This document shows positions 1-8,707 of a stretch of DNA of 28,238 bases, in pieces. A program made the position numbers and the translations under genes. Each line of letters opens with the position of its first letter. Positions within the stretch are counted from its first letter, which is position 1. The stretch comes from Dehalococcoidia bacterium. Its GTDB lineage: Bacteria > Chloroflexota > Dehalococcoidia > UBA6926. The notes beneath the pieces are model-generated. The model saw nothing but the letters and a program-made list of their open reading frames with translations, searched no databases and was not told where the DNA came from. The stretch is taken from contig JAPYRO010000001.1 of the NCBI GenBank assembly GCA_029941095.1, positions 6,453 through 34,690 of the forward strand. Direction: 5' to 3'.

Positions 1-197
1 CTTCGGTCTTAGCTTCAGCCTTGGCTTCGGTCTTAGCTTCAGCCTTGGCCTTGGCTTCGGTCTTAGCTTCAGCCTTGGCCTTGGCCTCAGTCTTAACTTC
101 GGTCTTAGCTTCAGCCTTGGCTTCGGTCTTAGCTTCAGCCTTGGCCTTGGCCTCAGTCTTAACTTCGGTCTTAGCTTCAGCCTTAACTTCGGTCTCC
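1..197. repeat. Coding tandem repeat built from 6-, 12-, 24- and 30-bp units, encoding the (AEAKTE/AK/VKTE)n tail of S3
   Basis: The core CTTCGGTCTTAGCTTCAGCCTTGG recurs at 1, 25, 55, 97 and 121, and with a changed end at 163. Segments 55-120 and 121-186 are a 66-bp duplication differing only in the last 2 nt. Confidence 0.95.
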
Positions 198-910
198 TTT
201 ACATCTTTGGACTGATCATTCTCATTAGGTGTAGATACAAGAGCTTCTCGCCTAGCTGCTTCCTCGGCTGAGGACATCGTCGCTACAACATCTCCTCTAT
301 AGATCCATACCTTGACCCCAATTAATCCCATTTGCGTATGAGCTTCTGCTTGGCCAAAATCGATATCAGCTCTTATAGTGTGCAGGGGAACTCGCCCAGC
401 CATAGCTTTCTCATTCCGAGCAATCTCAGCTCCACCTAAACGGCCGGATACCAATACTTTTATTCCTTGAGCACCTGACTGCATTGTTCTAGCAACTGAC
501 TGTTTTATAGCCCTTCTAAAAGATATTTGTCTTTCAATCTGTTCACCAATGCTTTGGGCAACTAATGTTGCCTCTAATTCTGCTTGGCGTATCTCATTAA
601 TATCAACTCTAATCCGCTTACCAGTAATTTCCTCTAAATCTTTCCTTAACTCCTCTACCCGTTGCCCACCTCGGCCAATCACAACACCTGGTCTGGCCGA
701 GTGAATAGTCGCCCTAACTTCATTAGTTTTACGATCTATTTCCACACGGGACACAGCCGCGTCTTTGTGCTTAACCAAAATATGATCACGGATCTTTATA
801 TCCTCAAGCAAATTCTCTCTATATATTTGCGGCCTGTCAGCGAACCAGCGAGTTTGCCAGTCCTTAATCACGCCTAGTCGAAATCCGTTTGGATGTACTT
901 TATGACCCAT
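1..910 (-). CDS. rpsC: 30S ribosomal protein S3, 3'-partial (runs off the left edge), with a long repetitive C-terminal extension
   Basis: Not in the ORF track. Manual translation from ATG at 910 gives MGHKVHPNGFRLGVIKDWQTRW...ARPGVVIGRGG...GRLGGAEIAR...GRVPLHTIRADIDF...GVKVWIY. The frame is open to position 1 and it follows rplV as in the S10 operon. Confidence 0.97.
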   Translation of the reverse strand, partial: MGHKVHPNGFRLGVIKDWQTRWFADRPQIYRENLLEDIKIRDHILVKHKDAAVSRVEIDRKTNEVRATIHSARPGVVIGRGGQRVEELRKDLEEITGKRIRVDINEIRQAELEATLVAQSIGEQIERQISFRRAIKQSVARTMQSGAQGIKVLVSGRLGGAEIARNEKAMAGRVPLHTIRADIDFGQAEAHTQMGLIGVKVWIYRGDVVATMSSAEEAARREALVSTPNENDQSKDVKETEVKAEAKTEVKTEAKAKAEAKTEAKAEAKTEVKTEAKAKAEAKTEAKAKAEAKTEAKAEAKTE

Positions 911-912
911 TT

Positions 913-1251
913 TTACGTTGCCTCCTGATCAAGCACCACAGTCATGTTGCTGTGCCTCTTAAAGTTAGGACCCGCTGTTCCTCGAGCCCTTGGATAATAT
1001 CGTTTTAAAGTTGGAGCTGGGCCAATATTAACTCTTATGATCCTAAGTCCCGTAGGATCCATTTCAAAATTATTTTCTGCGTTAGCAGCAGCTGATCGCA
1101 CTACCTTTGCTACATTTTTTGCCCAGGGACTTGGCATGAACTGAAGTATCGTCAAAGCCTCTTCCACATTTTTACCAACTAGTGAATTTACGATTAACCT
1201 AAGTTTCGCTACCGATATAGACATATTCTTTTGTGTTGCTGATACTTCCAA
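913..1251 (-). CDS. rplV: 50S ribosomal protein L22 (TTG start)
   Basis: KLRLIVNSLVGK, VRSAAANAENN and PRARG motifs; canonical position between rpsS and rpsC. Confidence 0.97.
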   Translation of the reverse strand: MEVSATQKNMSISVAKLRLIVNSLVGKNVEEALTILQFMPSPWAKNVAKVVRSAAANAENNFEMDPTGLRIIRVNIGPAPTLKRYYPRARGTAGPNFKRHSNMTVVLDQEAT

Positions 1252-1253
1252 AA

Positions 1254-1532
1254 TTACCTAACCACTCTTTCATTTCGACCGGTATGACCTCTGAATGTTC
1301 TCGTTAGAGCAAATTCTCCTAACTTATGACCAACCATGTTCTCTGTTATAAAGAGAGGTATATGCCTTCTCCCATCATGAACGGAAATGTTTAACCCAAC
1401 CATGGATTCAAGAATTGTTGAGGATCTAGCCCAAGTCCTTATAACAACTCGCTCAGTCGAGCGAGAAGCTGCTTCAACTTTCTTCATCAATTTAGCATCA
1501 ACAAAGGGCCCTTTTTTTACTGATCTAGACAT
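1254..1532 (-). CDS. rpsS: 30S ribosomal protein S19
   Basis: [12 protein letters not shown]...HDGRRH...[15 protein letters not shown]. Confidence 0.99.
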   Translation of the reverse strand: MSRSVKKGPFVDAKLMKKVEAASRSTERVVIRTWARSSTILESMVGLNISVHDGRRHIPLFITENMVGHKLGEFALTRTFRGHTGRNERVVR

Positions 1533-1535
1533 AAA

Positions 1536-2372
1536 TTAACTTCTCCTATTACCTCTCCTACGAACAATGAACGGGGTACTCTTCTTATTTCTCCGGGTCC
1601 TTTTCCCTAAAGTTCGCTTACCCCAAGGCGACTTTGGACTAGGCATACCAATAGGTGACCTACCTTCTCCACCTCCGTGAGGATGGTCTCTTGGAGACAT
1701 CGCAGACCCTCGAACGGTAGGTCTCCAGCCTTTCAAGCGTTTCCTACCTGCTTTACCCCACGATAAATTCTTATGATCTAGATTACCTATTTGGCCAACG
1801 GTGGCAGAACATGCAGAAAGTATTCTTCTCAATTCCCCTGAGGGTAGCCTCAGAAGCGTATATTTTCCTTCTCTTGCTAGAACCTGTGCTCCCACACCAG
1901 CACCTCTAACAAGTTGGCCACCTTTCCCTAACTGTAACTCCACATTATGCACAGTCGTTCCCGTAGGAATATTTTGTAAAGGAAGAGAATTACCAGGTTT
2001 AACATCTGCTTCCGGGCCCGCTACAACAACATCTCCTTTTTTCAAGCCGAGAGGAGAAATAATATAGCGTTTCTCCCCATCTCTATAATGTAACAATGCG
2101 ATTCTTGAAGATCGGTTAGGATCATATTCAACAGACGCTATTTTTGCAGGAACACCAATTTTATCTCTCTTAAAATCAATCAATCTATAAGATCGTTTTA
2201 CTCCTCCACCTCTGTGCCTAGTAGTTATTTTACCTCGTTGATTACGACCAGCATTGCTTTTCAAAGGTCTAAGTAGTGTTTTTTCTGGTTTTACTTTATC
2301 TATATCTTCGAAAGCATCAAAAACCGCAGCCCTACGACCTGGTGATGTTGGTTTAACGTTTTTTACAGCCAT
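1536..2372 (-). CDS. rplB: 50S ribosomal protein L2
   Basis: [31 protein letters not shown] motifs. Confidence 0.99.
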   Translation of the reverse strand: MAVKNVKPTSPGRRAAVFDAFEDIDKVKPEKTLLRPLKSNAGRNQRGKITTRHRGGGVKRSYRLIDFKRDKIGVPAKIASVEYDPNRSSRIALLHYRDGEKRYIISPLGLKKGDVVVAGPEADVKPGNSLPLQNIPTGTTVHNVELQLGKGGQLVRGAGVGAQVLAREGKYTLLRLPSGELRRILSACSATVGQIGNLDHKNLSWGKAGRKRLKGWRPTVRGSAMSPRDHPHGGGEGRSPIGMPSPKSPWGKRTLGKRTRRNKKSTPFIVRRRGNRRS

Positions 2373-2380
2373 GGTTTTCC

Positions 2381-2671
2381 TTACATTCCCTCAAAAACTT
2401 CGATTCTGTCACCTTGAGCTAAAGTGACTATCGCCTTTTTCCAATTCCGTGTTTTAAATACAGTAGTTCCAGATCTTTTAGTTTTGCCTTTAACGTTCAT
2501 TACATTAACAGCAAGTACTTTTACTTTGAATGCTTCTTCTACAGCTTTCTTAATCTCTTTCTTGTTAGATTTGCTATGAACCTCAAAAGCATACTTCCCT
2601 GCCTCTTGGGCGATAGCTATTTTTTCTGTAATTATGGGCCTTCTCAGAATCTCTAAAGGGTGGCTATCCAT
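2381..2671 (-). CDS. rplW: 50S ribosomal protein L23
   Basis: [24 protein letters not shown] motifs; operon position. Confidence 0.98.
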   Translation of the reverse strand: MDSHPLEILRRPIITEKIAIAQEAGKYAFEVHSKSNKKEIKKAVEEAFKVKVLAVNVMNVKGKTKRSGTTVFKTRNWKKAIVTLAQGDRIEVFEGM

Positions 2672-3316
2672 TTAACGCCCATCTTTCTTACCATCTTTTG
2701 CCCACAACTCTTCTGCACGCTTGACGGCATCAACAGTCATAATTACATTCTTGTATTTTAATAAATCTCCTATGTTCAAATAAGAAGCAGTAAGGGTTTT
2801 CACTCCCTCTAAATTACGGGCAGATAAAATCACGCCTTCTGAAAAAGGATTACCAACTAACAAAGCCGACCCTGTTACACCTAACGAATCAATAATTTGC
2901 TGAAGCTCTTTAGATTTAGGAGTTTCTATTTCCAGCTCATCTACAATTAAGAAGCTTCCTTCTCTAAGTTTGTCAGACAAAACACATCTCAAAGCCTGCC
3001 GTCGCATTCTAACGGGCAAATCTTGTCTGTAACTCCGAGGTTTAGGGCCAAACGCTACTCCGCCAGATCTCCAAATTGGGGATCTAATACTACCAGCTCT
3101 TGCACGACCAGTGCCTTTCTGTTTCCACGGCTTTCTACCACCACCTCGTACTTCAGCTCGAGTTTTTGTAGAATGGGTTCCAGTTCTAGAGTTCGCTCTC
3201 TGGCGAACCAAAGCCTGATGAACCAATGGTTGATTCATTTCAACATCAAAAAGAAGAGCATCGAGCTCAATTTGGCTTATGACGTCACCTGAAATATTTT
3301 TTACATCATTTTTCAT
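2672..3316 (-). CDS. rplD: 50S ribosomal protein L4
   Basis: TKTRAEVRGGGRKPWKQKGTGRARAGSIRSP...GGVAFGPKPR; TAATG overlap with the rplC stop. Confidence 0.99.
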   Translation of the reverse strand: MKNDVKNISGDVISQIELDALLFDVEMNQPLVHQALVRQRANSRTGTHSTKTRAEVRGGGRKPWKQKGTGRARAGSIRSPIWRSGGVAFGPKPRSYRQDLPVRMRRQALRCVLSDKLREGSFLIVDELEIETPKSKELQQIIDSLGVTGSALLVGNPFSEGVILSARNLEGVKTLTASYLNIGDLLKYKNVIMTVDAVKRAEELWAKDGKKDGR

Positions 3317-3957
3317 TATTTCCCGTTCCGCCTCTGTTTGCGCACCAACACTAATCCTGAAGCAGCTCCAGGGACTGACCCTCTAACAAAAAGAAGGTTT
3401 CTCTCTTCATCCATAGCTACAATTTTTATACCTTTTTCGGTGCTCCGTTTATCACCTAGGTGACCACCCATTTTCTTTCCTTTTCGAACTCTTCCAGGGG
3501 TAGTCCCTTGGCCAACGGAACCAGGGGCTCTCCACTTATCTCCCTGGCCATGGGTTTTTGGTCCACCAGCAAAATGCCATCTTTTAACCACTCCAGCAAA
3601 ACCTTTACCTTTTGATTTGCCGACCACATCTACTATGTCACCCACTTCAAATATTTGAGAGATTGTTACAACATTACCAATCTGTGCATCATTAGAATCT
3701 AGAGAATCAACCTCCCGAAGATATTTAAATAAATCTAGATCATTCTTTTTAAGGTGACCTTTTTCAGGGTTCGACATCTTTTTTTCCGCAACTTGTTTAT
3801 ATCCTATTTGTATTTTGTCATAGCCATCTTTTAAGGTATTTTTTACCTGGGTAACTACACAAGGGCCCACCTCTATGGCGGTTACAGCAGAGACTATTCC
3901 ATCATCGTGGATGTATTGAGTCATACCCAATTTTGTTCCTAATAAAGCATTCAACAT
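3316..3957 (-). CDS. rplC: 50S ribosomal protein L3
   Basis: GTKLGMTQ, SKGKGFAGVVKRW, RAPGSVG...PGRVRKGKKMGGHLG, GSVPG motifs. Confidence 0.99.
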   Translation of the reverse strand: MLNALLGTKLGMTQYIHDDGIVSAVTAIEVGPCVVTQVKNTLKDGYDKIQIGYKQVAEKKMSNPEKGHLKKNDLDLFKYLREVDSLDSNDAQIGNVVTISQIFEVGDIVDVVGKSKGKGFAGVVKRWHFAGGPKTHGQGDKWRAPGSVGQGTTPGRVRKGKKMGGHLGDKRSTEKGIKIVAMDEERNLLFVRGSVPGAASGLVLVRKQRRNGK

Positions 3958-3980
3958 ATCAATCAGTATTCTCCAAATAT

Positions 3981-4298
3981 TTACGATTCTATCTCGATAT
4001 CAACACCAGCAGGTAAATCCAAATGAGTTAGTGAATCAATCGTCCTAGTAGTTGGATCTAAAATATCAATAACTCTTTTATGGGTTCGCATCTCAAACTG
4101 CTCTCTAGCATTTTTATCGACATGTGGCGAGCTTAAAACAGTGAATTTCTTTATCTTTGTAGGCATTGGAATCGGGCCAGAAACCTGAGCGCCTGTCCCC
4201 TCAGCTGCCTCTACAATTTGAATGGCAGAAGAATCCAGAAGTTTATGATCAAAAGCTTTGAGTGTAATTCGTATTTTTTGGTTTTTAGTGTTAGTCAT
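3981..4298 (-). CDS. rpsJ: 30S ribosomal protein S10
   Basis: [36 protein letters not shown] motifs. Confidence 0.99.
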   Translation of the reverse strand: MTNTKNQKIRITLKAFDHKLLDSSAIQIVEAAEGTGAQVSGPIPMPTKIKKFTVLSSPHVDKNAREQFEMRTHKRVIDILDPTTRTIDSLTHLDLPAGVDIEIES

Positions 4299-4301
4299 AA
4301 T

Positions 4302-6380
4302 CTACTTCGCCCCTGCCGCAACTGAAACTGACTCTGCTATATGCTTAGGGACTTCAGCGTAATGGTCAAATTGCATACTATAATTAGCTCGGCCCTGTGA
4401 AGAAGACCTCAGAGTAGTAGCGTATCCGAACATCTCTCCCAGAGGAACAAACGCATTTATGATTTGCAAATCTCCTCGTCGTTCCATACCTTGGATTTGG
4501 GCACGTCTCCCATTTATATCTGCAAGAACATCTCCCAAACTTTCTTCGGGTGTAACAACTTCTACAGCCATAACAGGTTCTAAAGCTACAGGTTTCGCCC
4601 TATTAGCAGCAGCCTTAAAGCCCATGGAGCCCGCCATTTTAAAAGCCATCTCTGATGAATCAACATCATGGAAAGAGCCGTCGTCTAAAGTGATCCGAAG
4701 ATCTACCATAGAAAATCCCGTTAGGATTCCATTCATAGCTGCTTCCCGAGCCCCGGCTTCAACAGCTGGAATGTATTCTTTGGGTATAGTTCCCCCTACT
4801 ATTTTATTTACAAATTCGACACCTGAGCCAGTCTCTAAGGGCTCTACGGTAATCCAAACATGTCCGTATTGGCCACGCCCACCGGATTGTCGAACGTATC
4901 GTCCTTCTGCCCTAGCGCTCTGTTTTATTGTTTCTCTATATGCCACCTGTGGACGACCAGTTTGCGCAGCAACATTGAACTCTCTTTTAAGTCGATCTAC
5001 GATTATTTCTAAGTGTAATTCACCCATCCCAGATATAACAGTTTGAGCTGTCTCTTGATCGTGAGCAGAATGGAAAGTTGGGTCCTCTTGTTGGAGTTTT
5101 ACCAGTGCATCAATTAATTTTTCTTCTTCTTCACGCGACTTCGGCTCAATAGCAACAGATATGACTGGTTCAGGAAATTGTATAGTCTCTAACAAGATTG
5201 GATTATCAGTGTCACATATCGTATCGCCTGTAGAAGTATTCTTTAATCCAACTGCAGCAACAATATTACCAGCTCGAGCTTCTTCAAGTTCTTCTCGATG
5301 GTTAGAGTGCATTTGGATCAAACGGCCCATGCGTTCTCTATCTTGCTGGGTTGTATTTATAACGCTCGAGCCTGATTTACATACTCCTGAATACACACGA
5401 AGATAAACTAGTCTACCAGCAAATGGGTCAGTCACGACTTTGAACGCAAGAGCAGAAAATGGTTCTTCAACGTTAGGTTCCCGTAGAGCAATTTCCTCTG
5501 ACCCAGGTTTTAGACCTTCAATCGCCGGTACTTGATCTGGAGAGGGTAAATAGTCAACGATAGCATCTATCAAAGGCTGGACACCCTTGTTTCTTAAAGC
5601 AGTTCCGCAAAGCACTGGATATATCTCTCTCTTCACTGTACCAATACGTAATCCTTTAATTATTTCTTCTTCAGATAACGGTTCACCCTCTAAAAATTTT
5701 GCCATTAATTCATCATCGTGTTCGGCAGCATTTTCGATCATAATTTCACGATATTTTGCCGTATCTTCTTTCAATTCATCTGGTATAGGTCCTTCAGACA
5801 TTTTATCGCCGTTTTCACCTTCCCAGGTAATGACCACTTGACGTATTAAATCAACGACCCCTTTAAAATCATCTTCTTTACCCCATGGAATCTGAACCGG
5901 AACTGGATTGGCTGCTAATCTCTCCTGGATCGATTTAATGGAAAAGAAGAAATCTGCTCCGATTTTATCCATCTTATTTATAAAGCAGATTCTGGGAACC
6001 TGATATCGGTCGGCTTGTCGCCAAACTGTCTCAGATTGGGGCTCAACGCCAGCGTTCGCATCAAATATTACAACCCCTCCATCTAAAACCCTAAGGCTTC
6101 GCTCAACCTCTGCTGTGAAATCAACATGGCCAGGGGTATCTATGATATTAATTTTATGACCGTTCCATTCGACGGTTGTTGCGGCAGAAACGATCGTGAT
6201 ACCTCGTTCTTTTTCTTGGTCCATCCAATCCATGACAGCGGTGCCATCATCAACAGTACCTAACTTATAGGTTCTTCCTGTAAAAAAGAGCACTCTTTCA
6301 GAAACTGTAGTTTTACCCGCATCAATATGCGCAATAAAACCTATATTCCTTATGGTATCTAGCCCACCGTCCTGAGTCAT
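4302..6380 (-). CDS. fusA: Translation elongation factor G
   Basis: [44 protein letters not shown] motifs; 692 aa. Confidence 0.99.
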   Translation of the reverse strand: MTQDGGLDTIRNIGFIAHIDAGKTTVSERVLFFTGRTYKLGTVDDGTAVMDWMDQEKERGITIVSAATTVEWNGHKINIIDTPGHVDFTAEVERSLRVLDGGVVIFDANAGVEPQSETVWRQADRYQVPRICFINKMDKIGADFFFSIKSIQERLAANPVPVQIPWGKEDDFKGVVDLIRQVVITWEGENGDKMSEGPIPDELKEDTAKYREIMIENAAEHDDELMAKFLEGEPLSEEEIIKGLRIGTVKREIYPVLCGTALRNKGVQPLIDAIVDYLPSPDQVPAIEGLKPGSEEIALREPNVEEPFSALAFKVVTDPFAGRLVYLRVYSGVCKSGSSVINTTQQDRERMGRLIQMHSNHREELEEARAGNIVAAVGLKNTSTGDTICDTDNPILLETIQFPEPVISVAIEPKSREEEEKLIDALVKLQQEDPTFHSAHDQETAQTVISGMGELHLEIIVDRLKREFNVAAQTGRPQVAYRETIKQSARAEGRYVRQSGGRGQYGHVWITVEPLETGSGVEFVNKIVGGTIPKEYIPAVEAGAREAAMNGILTGFSMVDLRITLDDGSFHDVDSSEMAFKMAGSMGFKAAANRAKPVALEPVMAVEVVTPEESLGDVLADINGRRAQIQGMERRGDLQIINAFVPLGEMFGYATTLRSSSQGRANYSMQFDHYAEVPKHIAESVSVAAGAK

Positions 6381-6404
6381 TTAGGTATATTCCTTCCGAT
6401 TAAT

Positions 6405-6875
6405 TTACCAACGATAATGGGCAAACGCTTTATTCGCATCTGCCATTCTATGTAGTTCTTCTCGACGCCTAACCGCGTTCCCTTGCCCTCTTGCAGCATC
6501 TGTCAATTCCGCGGCCAGTTTTCTTATCATAGGACTACCTCCTCGATCACGGGCAGCATCAATTAACCACCTCATGGCCAAAGCGGCACCTCTATCTTGT
6601 GCCACTTCAACTGGCACTTGATAAGTAGCTCCACCTACTCTTCGAGGGCGAACCTGCAAAAGTGGTGTAGCGTTCCTCATTGCCTGACCAAAAATTTCCA
6701 TTGGATCAATACCATCTTGCTGGATTAAATTAAATGCTCCATATACTATCCGGCGAGCGGTATTTTTCTTACCTCTTTGCATAAGCCTATTCGTAAACCT
6801 GGTAATTAATTCGCTATTGTAAATAGCATCAGGGGTTAAAATACGTTTTTGTGCTCTACGACGCCTAGACATCAA
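6405..6875 (-). CDS. rpsG: 30S ribosomal protein S7 (TTG at 6875 or ATG at 6872)
   Basis: [29 protein letters not shown] motifs. Confidence 0.99.
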   Translation of the reverse strand: MMSRRRRAQKRILTPDAIYNSELITRFTNRLMQRGKKNTARRIVYGAFNLIQQDGIDPMEIFGQAMRNATPLLQVRPRRVGGATYQVPVEVAQDRGAALAMRWLIDAARDRGGSPMIRKLAAELTDAARGQGNAVRRREELHRMADANKAFAHYRW

Positions 6876-7286
6876 TTATCCTCTCTTAGATCCATATTTG
6901 CTACGGCTCTTTTTACGATCTTCGACTCCGTCAGAGTCTAACGCCCCACGAATAACGTGATACCGCACGCCAGGTAAATCTCGAACCTTGCCACCTCTTA
7001 TTAGAACAGTGGAGTGCTCTTGCAAATTATGTCCTTCACCGGGTATATACGCTGTAACTTCAGCGCCATTAGTGAGCCTGACACGTGCAACTTTTCGAAG
7101 CGCAGAATTAGGTTTTTTTGGTGTCATTGTTCTAACTTGAGTACAAACGCCACGTTTTTGGGGAGAAGGCAGACCTCTTACCACTCTGTTAGTTAACGCG
7201 TTAAAACTATACTGTAAGGCAGGAGCTTTAGACTTTTTAGCCTTAGGCTTTCTACCTTTTCTTATCAACTGATTTACAGTCGGCAT
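6876..7286 (-). CDS. rpsL: 30S ribosomal protein S12
   Basis: [43 protein letters not shown] motifs. Confidence 0.99.
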   Translation of the reverse strand: MPTVNQLIRKGRKPKAKKSKAPALQYSFNALTNRVVRGLPSPQKRGVCTQVRTMTPKKPNSALRKVARVRLTNGAEVTAYIPGEGHNLQEHSTVLIRGGKVRDLPGVRYHVIRGALDSDGVEDRKKSRSKYGSKRG

Positions 7287-7451
7287 ATCTGTACTTTACC
7301 TTTCCCCGTTATGTAATTTTCCAAACTACTTTCTGTAACCCTTCCCGGTTTATTCCACGCAAAAAACCCAAAATATGAATTCGAGACGTAGCTTATGCTG
7401 TTTACCCGGTTCACAGAAAAACTTAGCCCCTTGCTACACAAGAGGCGCTAG
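7287..7451 (-). ncRNA. Candidate structured 5' leader of rpsL (about 165 nt)
   Basis: Hairpin GCCUCUUG/CAAGGGGC (7446-7426). Long-range stem UUUCUGU-G-AACC/GGUU-ACAGAAA (7419-7408 with 7340-7330). Internal GGUUU/AAACC arm. Folded by eye only. Confidence 0.4.
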
Positions 7452-7457
7452 ATAGGA

Positions 7458-7487
7458 ATTCTAGTGTCTACGACCTCGTTATGTCAA
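7458..7487 (-). promoter_or_regulatory. Sigma70-type promoter of the str-S10 superoperon
   Basis: Minus strand reads TTGACA (7487-7482), an 18-nt spacer, then TAGAAT (7463-7458). The -35 is a perfect consensus and the -10 has one mismatch. Confidence 0.8.
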
Positions 7488-7537
7488 TGAATAATCGCTA
7501 GTGATTACCTTAAATCCTAATATTCGGGTCAAAATGA

Positions 7538-8026
7538 TCACATGGATCGATATTCACCTTCAAAATGTATAAGAGGTTTATCTATTTTATCGGATACTCC
7601 GCCTCTTTCCACTTCAGCAATGTAAATCTTATGGTCGCCAGCTAAAATAGTTTCATGGACATTGCACTCAAGAAAAGCCAGCGAGTCATCAAAAATTGGG
7701 CAACCATTGCCTCCAAGAAAAAATTTTATCCCTTCTAATTTTGATTCCTGCTGGTGATTAAAGTTCTTTTGGGCTAATGCCCGTGAAATTTCGATTTGTT
7801 CTTCACTTAGAATATTAACGGAGAATAAGCCGCTTTTAGAAATAAGTTCATTAATGTCTGAGTCATTGTTTATACATATCATTATTAAGGGGGGGGAAAG
7901 TGAGACAGCTGAGAAAGCACTTACGGTGGTCCCGTGAAAATTTCCTTTGTAGGCTGTTGCTACAGCGGTAACACCCGAAGCAAACCGGCCCAACACCGTT
8001 CTATATAAATCAGATTCCAATATCAT
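7538..8026 (-). CDS. Flavin reductase-like protein (DIM6/NTAB, RutF/HpaC family)
   Basis: YRTVLGRFASGVTAV, SAFSAVSLSPPLIMI, FSVNILSEEQ, ECNV...GDHKIYIAEV family motifs. Confidence 0.92.
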   Translation of the reverse strand: MILESDLYRTVLGRFASGVTAVATAYKGNFHGTTVSAFSAVSLSPPLIMICINNDSDINELISKSGLFSVNILSEEQIEISRALAQKNFNHQQESKLEGIKFFLGGNGCPIFDDSLAFLECNVHETILAGDHKIYIAEVERGGVSDKIDKPLIHFEGEYRSM

Positions 8027-8076
8027 GAACGACCACTATAAAAATATTTAGATAATAAAGCCGCGGTTAACCAGGA

Positions 8077-8253
8077 TTAGTTCTTATCACGCCTCTTTGC
8101 TTTCCTGGCTTTCATTCGTAACTTTTCCTGCTTAGAAACAAAGTGTCTTTTTTCTTTTGCTTGTCGCAAAATACCTGACCGTTCTACAACAGATCGAAAT
8201 CGCTTAACCAATCCCTCTTGGGACTCCCCATCTCGAAGGAATACGTAGGTCAT
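8077..8253 (-). CDS. rpsU: 30S ribosomal protein bS21
   Basis: GESQEGLVKRFRSVVERSGILRQAKEKRHFVSK. Start moved to ATG 8253, which lies 5 nt after GGAGAG. Confidence 0.93.
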   Translation of the reverse strand: MTYVFLRDGESQEGLVKRFRSVVERSGILRQAKEKRHFVSKQEKLRMKARKAKRRDKN

Positions 8254-8321
8254 AAACACTCTCCAAATAAACTAAAAGTTATTTTCACATGTTATACGAA
8301 TAAACGATGGCTGCCAACCAT

Positions 8322-8627
8322 TCAGTGTTGCTTAGCGAAGCAGTCGGAACAATAGACTGGCTTAATCCCTTTAGGTTCAAAAGGCACTTCTGTTTCTTTA
8401 CCGCACTCTGCACAGACTGCTGGGTACATTTGTCGAGGCCCACGAGCTCCCCCAGAATTCTCCCCACGCCTTGTATTAAGATCCGATCTCCTAACTACTC
8501 GACATGGCGAACACCTTTTTGGCTCGTTCTCAAAACCTCTTTCTTGATAAAATTCCTGCTCTCCAACAGTGAAAATAAATTCATTCTCGCAGTCAACGCA
8601 AATAAGAACTTTGTCTTCTAAAGTCAT
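8322..8627 (-). CDS. Zinc-ribbon (zf-trcl-like) plus CxxC-x17-CxxC domain protein, function unknown
   Basis: LICVDC...FTVGEQEFYQERGFENEPKRCSPCR, followed by CAEC, exactly 17 aa, then CSDC. ATG 8627 is preferred over GTG 8639. Confidence 0.9.
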   Translation of the reverse strand: MTLEDKVLICVDCENEFIFTVGEQEFYQERGFENEPKRCSPCRVVRRSDLNTRRGENSGGARGPRQMYPAVCAECGKETEVPFEPKGIKPVYCSDCFAKQH

Positions 8628-8668
8628 ACGACCCCCCACTTAATAGACTCCCATTGCCAACCCGGCGG

Positions 8669-8677
8669 ACTATAACA
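8669..8677 (-). promoter_or_regulatory. Possible extended -10 promoter (TGnTATAGT) for the zinc-ribbon/rpsU cluster
   Basis: Minus strand TGTTATAGT about 40 nt upstream of ATG 8627; no properly spaced -35. Confidence 0.35.
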
Positions 8678-8707
8678 CAACTTAGCTTTGTAAACTAGCA
8701 TATTTTC

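Noticed and set aside
1-197. Repeat array as a possible CRISPR
   Set aside because: There are no unique spacers, unit lengths are multiples of 3, and the array lies inside a coding frame.
21-215. Plus-strand 64-aa ORF (ASVLASALAL repeats) resembling a hydrophobic peptide
   Set aside because: It is the antisense reading of the S3 tail repeat; the minus frame is continuous with rpsC.
662-7196. Plus-strand ORFs at 662, 1801, 3023, 4459, 5161, 5587 and 7014
   Set aside because: All are antisense shadows of conserved ribosomal or EF-G genes, with no recognisable motifs.
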